From Azolla caroliniana (taxonomy: Eukaryota; Plantae; Polypodiophyta), in contig JBHGNT010000069.1 in NCBI GenBank assembly GCA_043228905.1, positions 62,001 to 126,000 of the forward strand: 64,000 nucleotides of DNA, in the 5' to 3' direction. Shown piece by piece: positions 50,459-64,000 of this stretch; position 1 is the stretch's first letter; the number at the start of each line of letters is the position of its first letter. The notes beneath the pieces were generated by a model. It searched no databases. It was not told the DNA's origin and saw only the letters and a list, made by a program, of their open reading frames with translations. The translations under genes were made by a program, and so were the position numbers.

Positions 50459-53400
50459 TCAAAAGCAGCACGATAGATGACCATAGAAAGAATTAGGTCT
50501 TTTTGGAGCATTCAATTTAGTAGTAGTCGGCATTATATGTGGTAAATGCTTGTGGAAGGCAGCCACAGCACCTTCAACCCCATCCTCCCCTTTCATCACT
50601 TCAGCTAGAGCTATTGCATTTTGTTTAACCTGTAAAATTTTGAACAAACAGACCTCCCCTTATTGCCATCATACACAAATGAAAAGCTGCATATCTTAAT
50701 TAGCCTTAGTTCCTTTGATTCATGTGAGTTACCCATTTTCATTGGTTAAATCTCTAGGATAAGAGAAATGCTTAGGTTGTAGACTCAGGTGACTGATCAC
50801 ACGACTCATCAATCATCCTTATTTATTACATATAAATAAGTATGATTGATTCATTTGAATTACCCATTTTCATTGGATTAAATGTTAGACTCAGGAGTGA
50901 CTGATCACATTCAAAAAATTGCTACAATAAATGGTTCATTAGGTACAGGAGCTAGGGTAGGAGATGTCCCAAAGCTGTCTATACAAAAGTTTACACATGA
51001 TATGTGTTGTATTATCTCTATGACTGTGGTGCCCCTGTTTTATCCCAAAACTGACTGGGAAACACCAGGGAGCCCTGCCTCTGTTCCAATTGCGGCACCG
51101 CCCTGGGTTGGGAGAACCCAGTCCCAACAGGTAGTGATTAGAGCAAGCCACCCCACTTATTGTATACTTACGAATAATGATATTATGATTACAGAGGATG
51201 ATGGGGAAGAGAAGGAATTTCTAGACAAACATCTCAACAAAGAATTCGAGATGAAGAAATTAGGAAAGCTGAAATACTTCCTTCGAATTGAAGTGGCTTG
51301 CTCTAAACAATGATTTTCCATTTCTCAGCAGAAGTATGTTACAGATTTGATAAAGGACAGAACAGGGAAATTGGCTTGCAAACCAGCTAACATACTGATT
51401 GACCCAAACCACAGATTGGGAGAACATTGGGAAGATGAGTATATAGACAAAGAAATGTACCAAAACTTGGTTGGAAAGCTAATATATACATGAGGCCTGA
51501 TATTGCATTTGCAGTCAGTGTGGCAAACCAATTCATGCATAGTCCAAGGAAGGTACACTTACAGGCAGTACATTGAGTGATGCAATGTCTAAAAGGCAGT
51601 CCAGGACATCTTTTTAGAAGAAGAATAGGGGTTGAAATAGAAGCATATACAGATGCTGATTAAGCAGCTAGTCCTAGATAGCACATAGTTCAGTACAGAA
51701 TGACAGAACGAAACACATAGAGGTGGACAGATATTTCTTCATGGAGGTGGATAGGGATCTGATCTGCATGCCAGATGCCCTATCATCAACTAGTAGCAGA
51801 TATTCTCTCTAAAGAATTAAGTAATCCAACATTCCAAACAATTCTATCCATGCTAGGAATGGCAAGGAAATTCACCAGCTTGAGGGGAGTGTCAAAGTTA
51901 CTAAAACATTCCAAACAAAAGAGGGAAGTAACTAAAGAGGCAAATAATAGTTTCTACTTTTAGACATTGTTTTCTTGTATGAAAGAGGATGACTCCCACC
52001 ACAGAAATTAAGGGAAAACGAACAAGATTACATTGCATTTGTCTCATTACTTGTACCCATGGTTCCTATTTCATTGCACCAACCTTGTTACAAAGGGAAG
52101 CTATACAGTTAAGGTAAAGCTTGCCGTGAAGGTGTTTTGTTAATACTTAGGACTAAGACAAAAAAATCACAAAACCACTGGCTGTATTCTAGTGGTAAAC
52201 CAAAGGTTTATTAATCATGCACCTGAGTTCAATCTCAGTAATTAGATTAATAGGTGTTGGATGCTGCACAAAAAAAACCACTCAAGTTCCAACCATTGCT
52301 CCTCTGAACTAGTAAAAGAAATAGTAAGGACCAAGGCATGAGGAACCTATAGACAAATGATTGGGTTTAACATGACTTGACTACAGAATACTTCCTATCC
52401 AATCCAAGTGAATTAATTCTTCTTGGATCTATTATTGATGGTGACAACTGAAATGCTGTGAGATGGTTAAACAGGCAAGAAACAATTAGCGGAATTATAA
52501 TGCCACTATAAAAGAGACTCAACCCAAGATGAACCAGATGCAATCTATCAATAGACTCTGGTTTATGGATCAACAGAATGTATTGACTCTCCTCTGCAAG
52601 AGGGCTCATAATAAGAATGCAGTGCAACTTCTTCCATATGCACCATATAATCATAGCCGAATATCTCATACTTGCTTGACATAAAAGAATTAAGACAAAA
52701 AATGCCAAGTTGATTTTGGGCTTACAGCAAAAAATGCCAAGACAAAAATCAATATCCAAATATACAACTCAATTATGCTTTCAAATGTTTGGGCAGATCA
52801 AATTAAGGTTTCAAGAACAAGGGCTGGATCAAAGAAAAGACAATCATATTATTGATACAGACAAACAACATCCACCAACAACTTCTTGCACATGCTTGCA
52901 CCTCTTAGGAAAGTTTGCAGAAAGGATGTATTGCATAATAAAGTTTACACATTTCAATTGAAAGAACCTAAAGTGCATGACATAATAAAGAAATAAGAGT
53001 AAGAAATACCTGGGGATTCATCATATAATGTATCGCATGAACTAGCTTATCAAGAGAAAACTCATCCACAGGAATCGGTGGGGGTCCTACACCCTTGGCA
53101 TATACACGATCTCCCCAGAAAGGCTGGTCACCAAAGAAGGGAACAATAGTTGTTGGACACTGCACCAGAAATACCAGTGGATTCAATAACTCTTTTTCTA
53201 GATAACCACAACCCAATAATACTTACTAATGTTGGATAAGGAAAGATTTTACACTATTCTCTACGAACAAGAAAATCACAGCATTGCTGTAAGAACATAC
53301 ATAGCCTCCATTATCATATCACATTTGCCTTATTTTATAAATGTGAGAATGAAGACCCCTTACATGCCCTCCATGTAGTACATTACATATCTCATTTTAG

Positions 53401-56400
53401 CAATGCAGAAAATAAAACCATTGTCTTTCTGTAAGGGCATAAATGCACGTATTATACCACTGTTAGTGCCTCATTTTAGAAACAGAGAAAATAACATCAT
53501 CGTAACGCCATACACAGACTCTGTACAGCAAACTGCAAGTGGCTAACTTAACCAGCATACATCAAGCAATATATCACATTTATTATATCATGATCAAGAG
53601 TCAATTTTTATGCAAATTCTGGTTATCAAACAAAACCAACCACAGAAGTACAAGATTTGTTGTGGGGAATGCTACAAAATACTAAAATTATACTTTCTAT
53701 AAAATAGGGCTGTATAAGTAAAAAAAAACTAGTAGCCAAAAAAATCAGTTATCGTTCTTCATCACCCTGAACTCCTCAAAAAAATATGAAACAGCTCACA
53801 CAAATCATGGTCAAAATGCAATCTGCCACTCATCCCCAGGGACATCACTGGTTATTCCAGCTGCATCATAACGAGAAACTAGCAGCTGTCCATAAGATTG
53901 TATCCATGTGATGATTTCTAAAGCCAGGAGTGGAATCATGTCTAGTGCTCATGTGAATGCCCAGAAACTTTCAACATAAAAAGATGAAATCAGAGAAATG
54001 TCTCTCATAGAGCAAATGAATGGCCAGCACATAGGGTCTGGCGTTCTACATGCATCCATGTGATTAATTTTCAGCAAACCAACACTAGAAGGCTATGTGT
54101 AATCCTGACGGTTGTCTTTCACTTTCTGGGACATAATCAGACTATCTGGAATGTGTTCATTTTTGTTCCCATTTGAGACTGCGGTCCTTTTGGGTCTCCT
54201 TCACATACACTCGCATATCGGGTTTTGGGAATTTTGTATATAACAGTAATTAATATAATTCGATGTCAGACTGAGCATGCAGTTTGTCCCTTCAGTTTCT
54301 TTGTTAGACATCATAGTAATTAATACAATTACCCATCATGAAAAAGAAAAGACAGCATAAGGATTCTTACAGCTGCTCTCAAACCAGCGGCTGTGGTCCC
54401 TGCCCCACCATGATGAACCTGTTTCATGGAGACAACTGAAGCTCAACAATAGAATGTAAGGGGGAAAAGGAATAAACAGTTTCAAGTGTGTTAATTGTTA
54501 ATAAACCCACTATACGAGATGAAAAACATGCAGAAGTCATAATTCATCAAGACCATGGTCAACCTGTGGTATTTTAATGCCATGCATGTATGTCCAGTTG
54601 GTTTGGTGATATTGAGATAAAATATATAATGTAAGCGTGTTTATCTGTACATAGATTTTTCTTTTGATGTCTAACACAAGTCTGCATAACGGTGTCGTTA
54701 CCAGGTTTATTTGCTGGCTGCACAGAATGGCCTTCACATAAGATATATACTTCATTTGTGAATCTCTATGGAAGGCCCACTGCTCTGATATTCTTCATAA
54801 TCAGCATTCCTCCATAATAGAGCCACAAACATAGCTGCCCTCATTTGGAGTGAGTTGATGCATACATTCTGAATTTTATGGATACACATACTGGTTTTCC
54901 TTGGGCTGCCCAGGGGATGCAGTACGTTTCCTCATATTTTTGGATATTATGCATCTTAATGACATACGTCCAGTTTGTGAATGCCACACAATTTGCATCA
55001 TATACTAATCCTAAACAAAATAAGAGGCTACCACTTAATCAGGAGTATGATGCAAGGACTGGTTAAGATCTTACCACTGCTGCACATTGAGAAAATAGCC
55101 AATCATGGGGGCAGTTATCTAACAGATAAATGGAATCAGGTAGCTTCACCACTGTAAAACAAAGGAACAATGTGAGCTCATGCTGTCTTTTATTATGCTT
55201 TATTATGTTCAGGTAATATTTTACAATTCATTAAAGAACACATTAGCGGGCAATGTGCATGCACTTTAAAACTCACAAGTTCCAAGTCCACTCCAGCCTC
55301 TACCAATGATTCCTCTTTGACAAGTGATTTCAAGAGCTTCAATAATTATCTTTGTCATCCCTGCTGCGTCTTCAACAGGCTGTGGAGGATTTTACTTGTT
55401 ATCCGAGTTGCACAACATAAATACAAACATATGCAATTTTCGGTGAAATTTTACAAGCATAAATGAGATACGAAACATGAGAGCGCCAGCACATTACAGG
55501 GAAAACTGAAGTCCTAACAATGCATATGCAAAATAAAAGGATATCATAAAAGATATTCTCAACTTACTAAGCTTCCAAAGCCCACATAAATGGGAGGAGG
55601 CCCTTCTTCAAGCCATTGCACCAGATCTTGGGGGGGTTGATAATCTTGCAAAAGGTCCAAAAAGCAAAATCCAACTACATCTATTTTTGATCCCCAGTCT
55701 GCAATTGCACAAACAATGCAGTTCGACAATTGGTTCAGCCAACTTCTGCGATAGGTATTCAATGCATGATATTACCTATTATAGCATGATAACAACAAGT
55801 GGACGCTTGGGAAAAAAAGTTAACTATACACCTTTCGGTTTTGGAACAAGGTGTGGGCTCCAAATATATCCTGTAGGAAGCTTTGAGACAGACAACTGAG
55901 AACCACTGAGGTAGGTGATTGGACGTAGCCTAAGTTTCTTTTTTCGGAAATCATTAATCAGTCCTTGTATTCCAATCCAAATAAGGGAATCCACCACTTG
56001 GTACGAAATCTGAAGCATGGAATAAATTAGTCAAGTAAGTTAAGAGAAAAACCTAGTTTATTCCTTGGCTTTCCTTAAGAAGTTTAGCTATTTTAAGAAT
56101 GCTCTACCCGGTTTGCTGCATTGTGATGCACTCGAGAAAGAGGATGTGGAAACTCACTTGTTGGCCTGAAAAAATAGAGAAAAGGTAAATGACTGTAGAT
56201 GAATTTGACTACATTTTTCACTTGGGGATCTGTGGTATGCTTCATAAAATATTAAATATATATGAAAAAAATGTGTAAATATACACATGCTGCAAGCAAT
56301 GATCAGTACTATCACATATGAAAGGAATAGCCTTACCAAGCAATTTGAGGAATATATTTGTATGCAGTCCAATGTTTTCAATTCTCTATACTAATATTAG

Positions 56401-59400
56401 TCATATCATGCTCATACTATGAGACATTATAACTAGCACCAGACTTCATGTCCAAGCATTGAAATCAAACATCAGACCACACAAATCCCACATGTCCTGT
56501 TCTCACTGGCATATGGATGATAATGCACTATAACAAGATAGTAGCAAGAATTTGGACGCATTGTATTCATTTTGTCACAAGCACAGAGGCACAAAATCTT
56601 GCATGGATACTTCCTAAATTCACAGCCCCGCACCATTGAATATCAGTTTATCAAACACTGAATTATCAACACGCTTTATTAAATTCTCATGAACTCATTG
56701 TCTTTGCTTTTTACTATCCCTCCTAGTCTCTTGAAGGTCCTAACAAAAACCACACATGCCCGAGTTGAGTGTTAACCCCATGAATAGACATCACAAGCTC
56801 TCTATTCACAAGCTCAAGGGCCCCTAAGAACTACGTATCTATTTTCCTTCTTATTCATCCTTAGTATCATAGCTATTTTGGATGTGGCTCAATGTTCAAA
56901 TCAATGTCAGGGAACATGCAACCAATGGCAATAGGAGGTTTTACAAATCCTAGAACTACCTTCAAGTTTGCATACATGATAGCATTTCTAATGATTTCAA
57001 CAGAAGAAGCATACTTACGTCCAAGGCATAGTAAAGAAAATATGCAAAGGCACGTTCAAGTATTCGGCAACGTGAACATGACCTGAAATCAGTACCAAAC
57101 ACTGTTCTATATTTTAAAACCTTAGCAGCAATGAGTTTCCACGTGTACGAAATCCAAATGCATGTAACTTCACCATATGCTGGAGGATTGGCAATAATTG
57201 CTTGAACTTTGAAAGGCACATTGCTCTTGTCAGGATATGTGCAGGCAGGTAAAAGAGAGTTAATGATGGATTTAAGCTGCTTCCTTTGTATCCTGATCTC
57301 TGATGTTCCCGATGGAAGGAAACCTTTATTCTTTACCATGTCTGTTATACATGATGAACACAGTGGAGCTGTTAGCAGAAATGCATTCAACACCAAAGTC
57401 TACAAGTGTTATGTTTCATAAGTCAACATACATTTGGCAAGAACTTTTGGGTCACCTCCCAATGGATAGAATTCAAGGCCTGCTTGCAAAACAAATTCTT
57501 CAAAGTTTGAATGGGTTGCCAGCCTTACACGGTGCCCATATTCCTAATAAATTATTAAGGCAAAAGGTATTTAGGCATTTTGTATTATAGTATTTATGAA
57601 ACTTGCCATGCATACATTTTGAATTCTAGATAAGAGACCTGCAAACGTTTCCCTATTGCTACAAAAGGCTGAACATCTCCCCGTGTTCCAACAATAAGCA
57701 TGGCAATTTGCAGAGGTAACCGTGTGGAACTGTTCACATCTCCTTCATCATGTGAAGAGTCTTCATATGATGATGTGGAAAATAAGCCAGGTACAAGCTC
57801 AGCACTTTTGTCAGCATCAAACTCAACAGTGCCATCTTTTTGTATTCTGCAAATCCTCTTCACAAGTTTCTTCTAACATCATAAATGACAAGGAAGATTA
57901 ACTTCGTATTTAACAGTAGCGTTAATTCTTTAAGATAAATCATACTTTTTAACAGAATTTCCAATATATATTATTATTCTCTAATAAAGAACTTTTATAA
58001 TCCAAATTACACACCAATTTCCATAAGGTATATAAAAGTCAGTATAGTCAATACATGAATCTGAAATACCTGACAAACTGCAGGCATATAAACTAAGAGA
58101 ATGCATTCTTTGATCGAATAACTTCTATCTTCAAATTTATATTAGTAATCCATTACTCCATACAAGGAGAACATATTTGACCAGTGTTTATACAACATTA
58201 TAAATGACTTGGGCAGATTCATATGGCTGCTAAAACATTAGTGGTTTGCCCAAATCAATAAAGAATAATTATCGTCGGATCCAGATGAACTTCTTATATA
58301 GATTCTCAGATAAGATAGATTCTTGGGAGTTACATACAAGGAGGTTGGCCAACTAGCAAGCTGGCTATTTGAAAGATAAAAATCTCCTTTTCTTTCTCAT
58401 TATGTCATGGTAATGTATTTTATCGCAAGTACAAAATAAGCATTAAATAGTTATTCCTTTCTAAACTGATATTTAGTTAAAACTGGTTCCGGGTCAAGCT
58501 GCCATTCAAGAAACTTTTATTAAACACTGGGAGGAATAAAATCTATGCCCATAGGCAAACTTGTCATGATTCTGCTTTTACTTATGATGGATCATCTTCT
58601 ATGAACTTATCTAGATTTCTTGTCAGTTGTTTCTTTAAAATTTTTGGGGAAATGACTGCGTTACCTGCTTTCTTCTTGACATTTTTGACCCTGGAGATAG
58701 ACCAGTAGTATCTTTGCCTCTGTTGTACTTATCTGTAATTGATCTCTTCAAATCTTCTTTCTTTCTTGATCGGACAATCCCATCAACAACCTCAAAATTT
58801 CCACTGGGCATTGTTTGTGCACGTTTAAGTCCATTTATTTCTACAACAATATTTGAAGAAAAAATATCCTTCTTAGGCTCCATGCAAGACCAGCATTAAA
58901 ATCGACGGATATTCTTGAATAAAGTTGGCATGCCAACTTTATGTTCTTAGCTTAATCATAACTTTAGAGTAAACATACATATGTGATCAGGAAATTTTCC
59001 ACTCTCAATTTCTAATCATTCTACTTTCCCTTAGTTGAAACATTCAAAGCAATCTTGGATATAATTCATAATTCCCAACTGTTTTATTTTTCATCTATTT
59101 CCAGAAAATAGATAAACAGAAGATCTCAAACAGAAGAAACCAAGTAAATAAAAAGAGATCAAGTCGACATGCTATACAATGAGCTCAGCCCCTAAAGAAT
59201 TCCAGTATTGCAAATCAAATCCCTCTCTTCACACTAATCTTGCCAATTCTTGCTACAAGCATTGTCACGCTTCTTCTATGCTGCAACACGAACCGTAGAC
59301 ATAATGTTGCAAAAGTTGAGATGTGTTGATCTACAATAGAAATTAGTTTTCGTATTTTTGTGAAAGGCAGTTCTTTTGACCTCTCATATGAGTATGAATT

Positions 59401-62249
59401 AAAACAAATTTAAGACTGTTTGCTGAAGTTCAGATTTGAAGTGATTTTAATTCATCTGATGAACATCGTGGCTTCAATAAGCATGAAAATAGTCTACAGT
59501 GCACTCCAGGATGATCATGAACAAAGTTCGTGAAGTTGCTTGCTAAAAACCAGTTTCTTGGAGTGGTGGTGGTTTTCTATCGGTGAGATAAAAGCAATAA
59601 CTATAAGGGACAATCACAGTTGTGTGTTATTTTCCTGATTTTGTTAAGTTATATTTATGTTTGATTATCCATCAGGCAACTGAAGACCAGATACATTGGC
59701 AGATGAATTTTGATAGTTTTTGAAAATGGTACGATTTAGGAGCTGTTACATGTCAAATGACTTGAAACAAGTTCACTTTCAAAGTAAAAATCCCTTCCAA
59801 TAGCATGATTAAGAAGCTTGACACAATAGATTACTGTAGAAAGATACAAGAAGCTACCCATTATGTACACCAGATATATATATGTACACAGTAGATTCCT
59901 TCACAAATCTTCCAACCCATTATGGATATATATATGTTGATATTCTTCTTTTTCTGTCCATTTTTTGTCTTGGCCCTATTTGTTTCAGAAAATTTTATTG
60001 TAATAGCTTTCTCATCAATCTTATTATCCATTTTAAACGCCAGGTTTATGCTGCAAACACTTCTTTCCTGTCAACTTTTTTACCCAAAACCTAGATTATT
60101 TTGAGAAAATGTGTTTTATCAGTAATAAATTTTAATGAAAGTTACAAATGTCAAATAGAGCTCTATAACATGTTCCAAGACCTGTCATGCCAACGTTGCC
60201 AAGATGATTTGTTGATTACGTAAAGATTTCTAAAAGAAGAAGACAAAACCTTCCTAACAATTCTATCTTTGCATTAATTGCGCCAGCCTTGATTGCTTAA
60301 AAACCTCGCATAAATTCTAAGTCTAAAATGATGTATTGACATCTGCTGAACACTGCTTTCTGGACGTCAAACTTGTAACACGGTTTAATATATAGTTCAA
60401 ACTATGTAATTTTTTTAATAGCTCTAACTCTAAGGCTGGAAAATGCCTCACATCACCTGCTGTACTCAGCCTACTATCTGGATCCTAGTTTCGCAATTTC
60501 CAGCCTATCAATGTGCAGTTTAATAATGCCTACTAAGTTTATTCATTAAAAAAGGGTATATAATAGGAATTGCATAATTTTTTGAGTTAAGCGAAAATTA
60601 GGCCCATGAGTTTATCAGTGATCCTTTCATCAATCACAGAAGGAACTTCTATGGTTAGTATAGAACTATCTCCCCTGTTTTACTAATGCCTGATCTCTTC
60701 ATACCAGCTACTTCCTTTAATCACATGATTCAGAAGCTAGATCCTTACAACTGGCACTTTGGGTCTTCATTCTAGGAAAACGAACTATTTGACCACGAGA
60801 TTCATTGAAAAAAAACAGTTATAGATTCACTAGATAGGTAAAAGTATACAAGCATACGGCGTAGAATGCAATTAAAAATAGGCTTTCAATTACTCTTATT
60901 CACTAGTTGGAAGAGGATTATTACTGAACTTTAATTTGACAGCCAATCGTATATGATAGCTTATGAGCTAGGAAATGTCATGGCAAATATTCTTGCTCAA
61001 TGACATTGACTTGATTTGGGCACACCATTAGAACATCTTTGATCGTAATCTGATAAGAGTCCAGTATATTGCAATCAATCGAAGTTTAATGGCATCAAAA
61101 GAAAATACCTCGGGGGGTCTGGTCAGGACTGATGGTCGTATTTCCGGAGAAAACTGCTACATTTGATTCTTTCAACTTCAAATATCTCTGAATGGCTATG
61201 GCATCATTACCCTCCAGGTCTAGTGGTTTCTTGGGAGATTCATCTGAAGTATTCTGCATTTTTACGTTTTTCGAAAAATCAGTTCCATCTTCCAAAGCAA
61301 TATCTACTTGAGAAGAAGATGACCCAACACTCTTTTCTAATTCTGGAGCACATAAGGATGTATCGCATGTCCTGTCTCCTCGCAAATCAATAGCATTCCC
61401 TTTAGCTATGTTTTGTGATTTGTCAACATCACAAATATCGTTCGTTCTCATATCTTTGCCTGCCATTGCACTCCTTTCGACATCATCATGTACATTCTCC
61501 ACAGGCGTGCATACTCTGTTATTAAGAGAATCTGCACCTAAAGACATGTGTTCTTGTTTACTAGTATTATAGCCATTTTCTTGATCTTCCTTTGCTTTTT
61601 GCTCCTCTAGGACCAGAACATCACCCATACTCTCCATGGTAACATGATTTTCTGAAGTACTTTCAGTATGGGCCGTGTTAGTATAATTTTCTAAAATGCT
61701 TTTAGTATGGGTTGCTTCACAACAAGCGACAGGGTTGACATCAGTCCAACATTCAGCTGAACCAGTACAAACAGCTGATCTATTACACGCTTCTGGTCCA
61801 TTTAGTCCAGTATGGATACTATTGCTGTCTTCATTTTCACTTAACTCACATGTAGAAACCCTTCCAGTAGACGTTGTTGGCTGAATTTCTTCTTGTACCA
61901 TTGATTGATCTCTTAAGGTGCCATTGCCATCATCAACATGATAATGTGCTTCTTCAATACTAGAATTGGCATTAGAATACTGATAAATACCTGCTATTGA
62001 ACTTGTTGAGGCATGATCGATAGCTACGTTTGGTGGTGGTGAAGAAGGTTCTGAAAATGGCGAAGATGACGATGAAGATGAGCCTGATGCAGAAGAAGGT
62101 GCAGAGATCTCTTTTTGTGAAGATGGAGAAGATGCAAATGATTGTGTATGAGATGGAGAAGAGGATGAAGTGGATGAAGAGGATAATGATGAAGATGAGC
62201 TTTCATGTGGGTTTGTTCCTTCTTCTTCGATAATTTCTTGATTTTCCAT
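50459..62249 (-). CDS. UGT80: Sterol 3-beta-glucosyltransferase (UGT80A-like), about 14 exons
   Basis: Exons approx 62249-61109, 58840-58665, 57872-57639, 57542-57427, 57341-57174, 57082-57018, 56165-56108, 56009-55832, 55698-55567, 55379-55277, 55151-55074, 54418-54371, 53159-53010, 50628-50459. Peptides IVGTRGDVQPF, GHRVRLATH, IIANPPAYG, FFTMPW, YVGFGSL, PHDWLF, HHGGAGTTAAGLRA, PFFGDQPFWG. Confidence 0.95.
51170..51895 (+). mobile_element. Degenerate Ty1/copia RT-RNase H fragment in the last UGT80 intron
   Basis: EFEMKKLGKLKYFLRIEVA, ISQQKYVTDL, RPDIAFAVSV..QFMHSP, EAYTDAD, KHIEVDR, QLVADILSK...SLRG with stops and frameshifts; PPT-like TTGAGGGGAG at about 51880. Confidence 0.88.
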
Positions 62250-64000
62250 GACCTTACAATATGTGAGCCATTTTCACTCTCGTTTTTCTCTCTGTCCGTC
62301 TAATGAATAAATCTCATTACATGGTAGAACGTAGATCTGTAGAGAAAAATGGAACTCTTTACACTCCCCCTCTCGCTCTTCTTACGTACTGAAAAGCTTG
62401 AATTTTGTGAAGAAAACACAGGAATATGATTCCTTCGGATGTGAGAAGCTCAACAAAATCGCCCAAGAAGCTGTATTGGAAGGAAACGCAGATGAAGTAG
62501 GGTTTCATGGGAAGGGAAAGAAGTAATCAGTGGCTCTTGAGGATGATGATGTACAAGGGGGGGGCTGGATTCCGCGAGCTGTTGTTGTCATCATCATCAA
62601 TGTGCCAAAAAAATGTTCATAAATTAGTGTTGCGTATACGTACATAGAGAAAAATCACAGAAATTCTGCGTGTCTTCTTTCATTCCAGGAGATATATGTA
62701 TCAGATTCAGAATGTAGATTGTAAAACTTGTGTAAGGTATGGTATGTATGTCAAAATGACCTACAGATATGCATTTGAAACAAACTATTCACTAATGTAC
62801 ATACATACATACATATTTCGGCCCGAGTTATGACCCGAGGAAGGCCGATTGGGTCAATCGTATCTCGGACACCGAAGTCTATGAATCCTTATACATTCGA
62901 GCAATGACCAAAGAAACCGTAAATAAATAAATAAATAAATAGGACTTGCATATATATTCTTGAACTCTCGTGATTGAAGGAAGTAAATTAGGTTCAAACC
63001 CAAACATTCTAGAACTCACACCACCACCCCTCCACCCCCATTTGAGTGAGGACCCAGGTAACGTAAAGTCGAGTTTGCATTCTCGATGGCCATGAGTAAA
63101 TAACATGTTCCCCAAGTTTGCTTAAAATCTTGTGTGTGTGTGTGTGTGTGTAGTCATGATCTATGGTTATATTCATTCAGGGATAACGTCACTTCTTCAT
63201 GTATGGTGGTGGGTATGCATGCTCGCGATCCTGTCTTGAGGACAATTTTTGGCCATCTCTCATTCCAGAGATTGCCATCCACAATGCAATGTTTTTGTGA
63301 TTTGTTTCTGGAACCTATATATACGTGAAATTATGGTCATAACATCATAACCACCTCTCTATGTGGTAAAGTAAATATTTACCAACCCATGCAGTAGATT
63401 CAAACCCCATTACATGCACTCATTTATAATCTCTCTTTCTTTTTCTTTCTACGGTGTCGTATATTTATTAACTAGTGCATTACGAGTCAAACTCACTACA
63501 TGCACTCATTTTTTACATAACACACGGGATGTTTGTTGTCCAGCAAACATTGTATATTTACTAATGAATTCATTGAATGCCTATGACTCGTTATCCAAAT
63601 GACTCGTTATCCAACCAATGTGTTGCATGCTTCTGTGACTTGTGCCAAAGAAGCTAGGTAGATATCTTCAATTGGTCCGACCGTGAAGAGAGCTTCTTTA
63701 ACATCAACAATCTTTGTAATTGCAATATTAGTGATCATTTATTGGAAAAAACATTAAATAAATAAATATACATTAGTGATTGTGGCTCATGGCCTCAATA
63801 TTGCTAGTGGTTACAACAACTACCATTGATTCAACATTTATAGTGTTATAATGTAACCTGCGTCGCATCGATCTCAAATAAGAGGGGTCACTTTGTGATT
63901 GTTAAGAGAAATGGCATATCGTTTGGTTCTAAGTTCTAACAATCTACAAAGATATGCAATAAACATGATCATATTGTAATTCATGGGGAACTTCCCTTTA

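Overview
Eukaryotic nuclear DNA from a land plant. A seed-free plant such as a fern is my inference and is not proven. Seven host genes are supported: a 6-unit polyubiquitin, a SAM-domain protein, plastid ribosomal protein L12, mitochondrial-type ribosomal protein L1, a HAT1/HAG2-type histone acetyltransferase, a small conserved two-exon protein and a UGT80 sterol glucosyltransferase. Two transposon islands lie between them. Each island holds a member of one Ty3/gypsy chromovirus family inserted into a LINE remnant. One is a near-intact 7.0 kb element (36519-43536, TSD CCCAT); the other is a 3.3 kb internal-deletion derivative (12618-15872, TSD CACCT) carrying a nested MITE. Four observations stand out. 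(1) The family's ~1.7 kb pre-gag leader holds a regularly spaced array of five GAGGT-N4-ACCTC hairpins plus further stems, kept in both copies. (2) All four LTRs have non-canonical TG...TA ends. (3) Three of six ubiquitin units carry A28T, encoded by three different Thr codons. (4) HAT1 has a GC-AG intron and an altered acetyl-CoA-binding motif. Exon and repeat boundaries were read by eye and may be off by a few bases.
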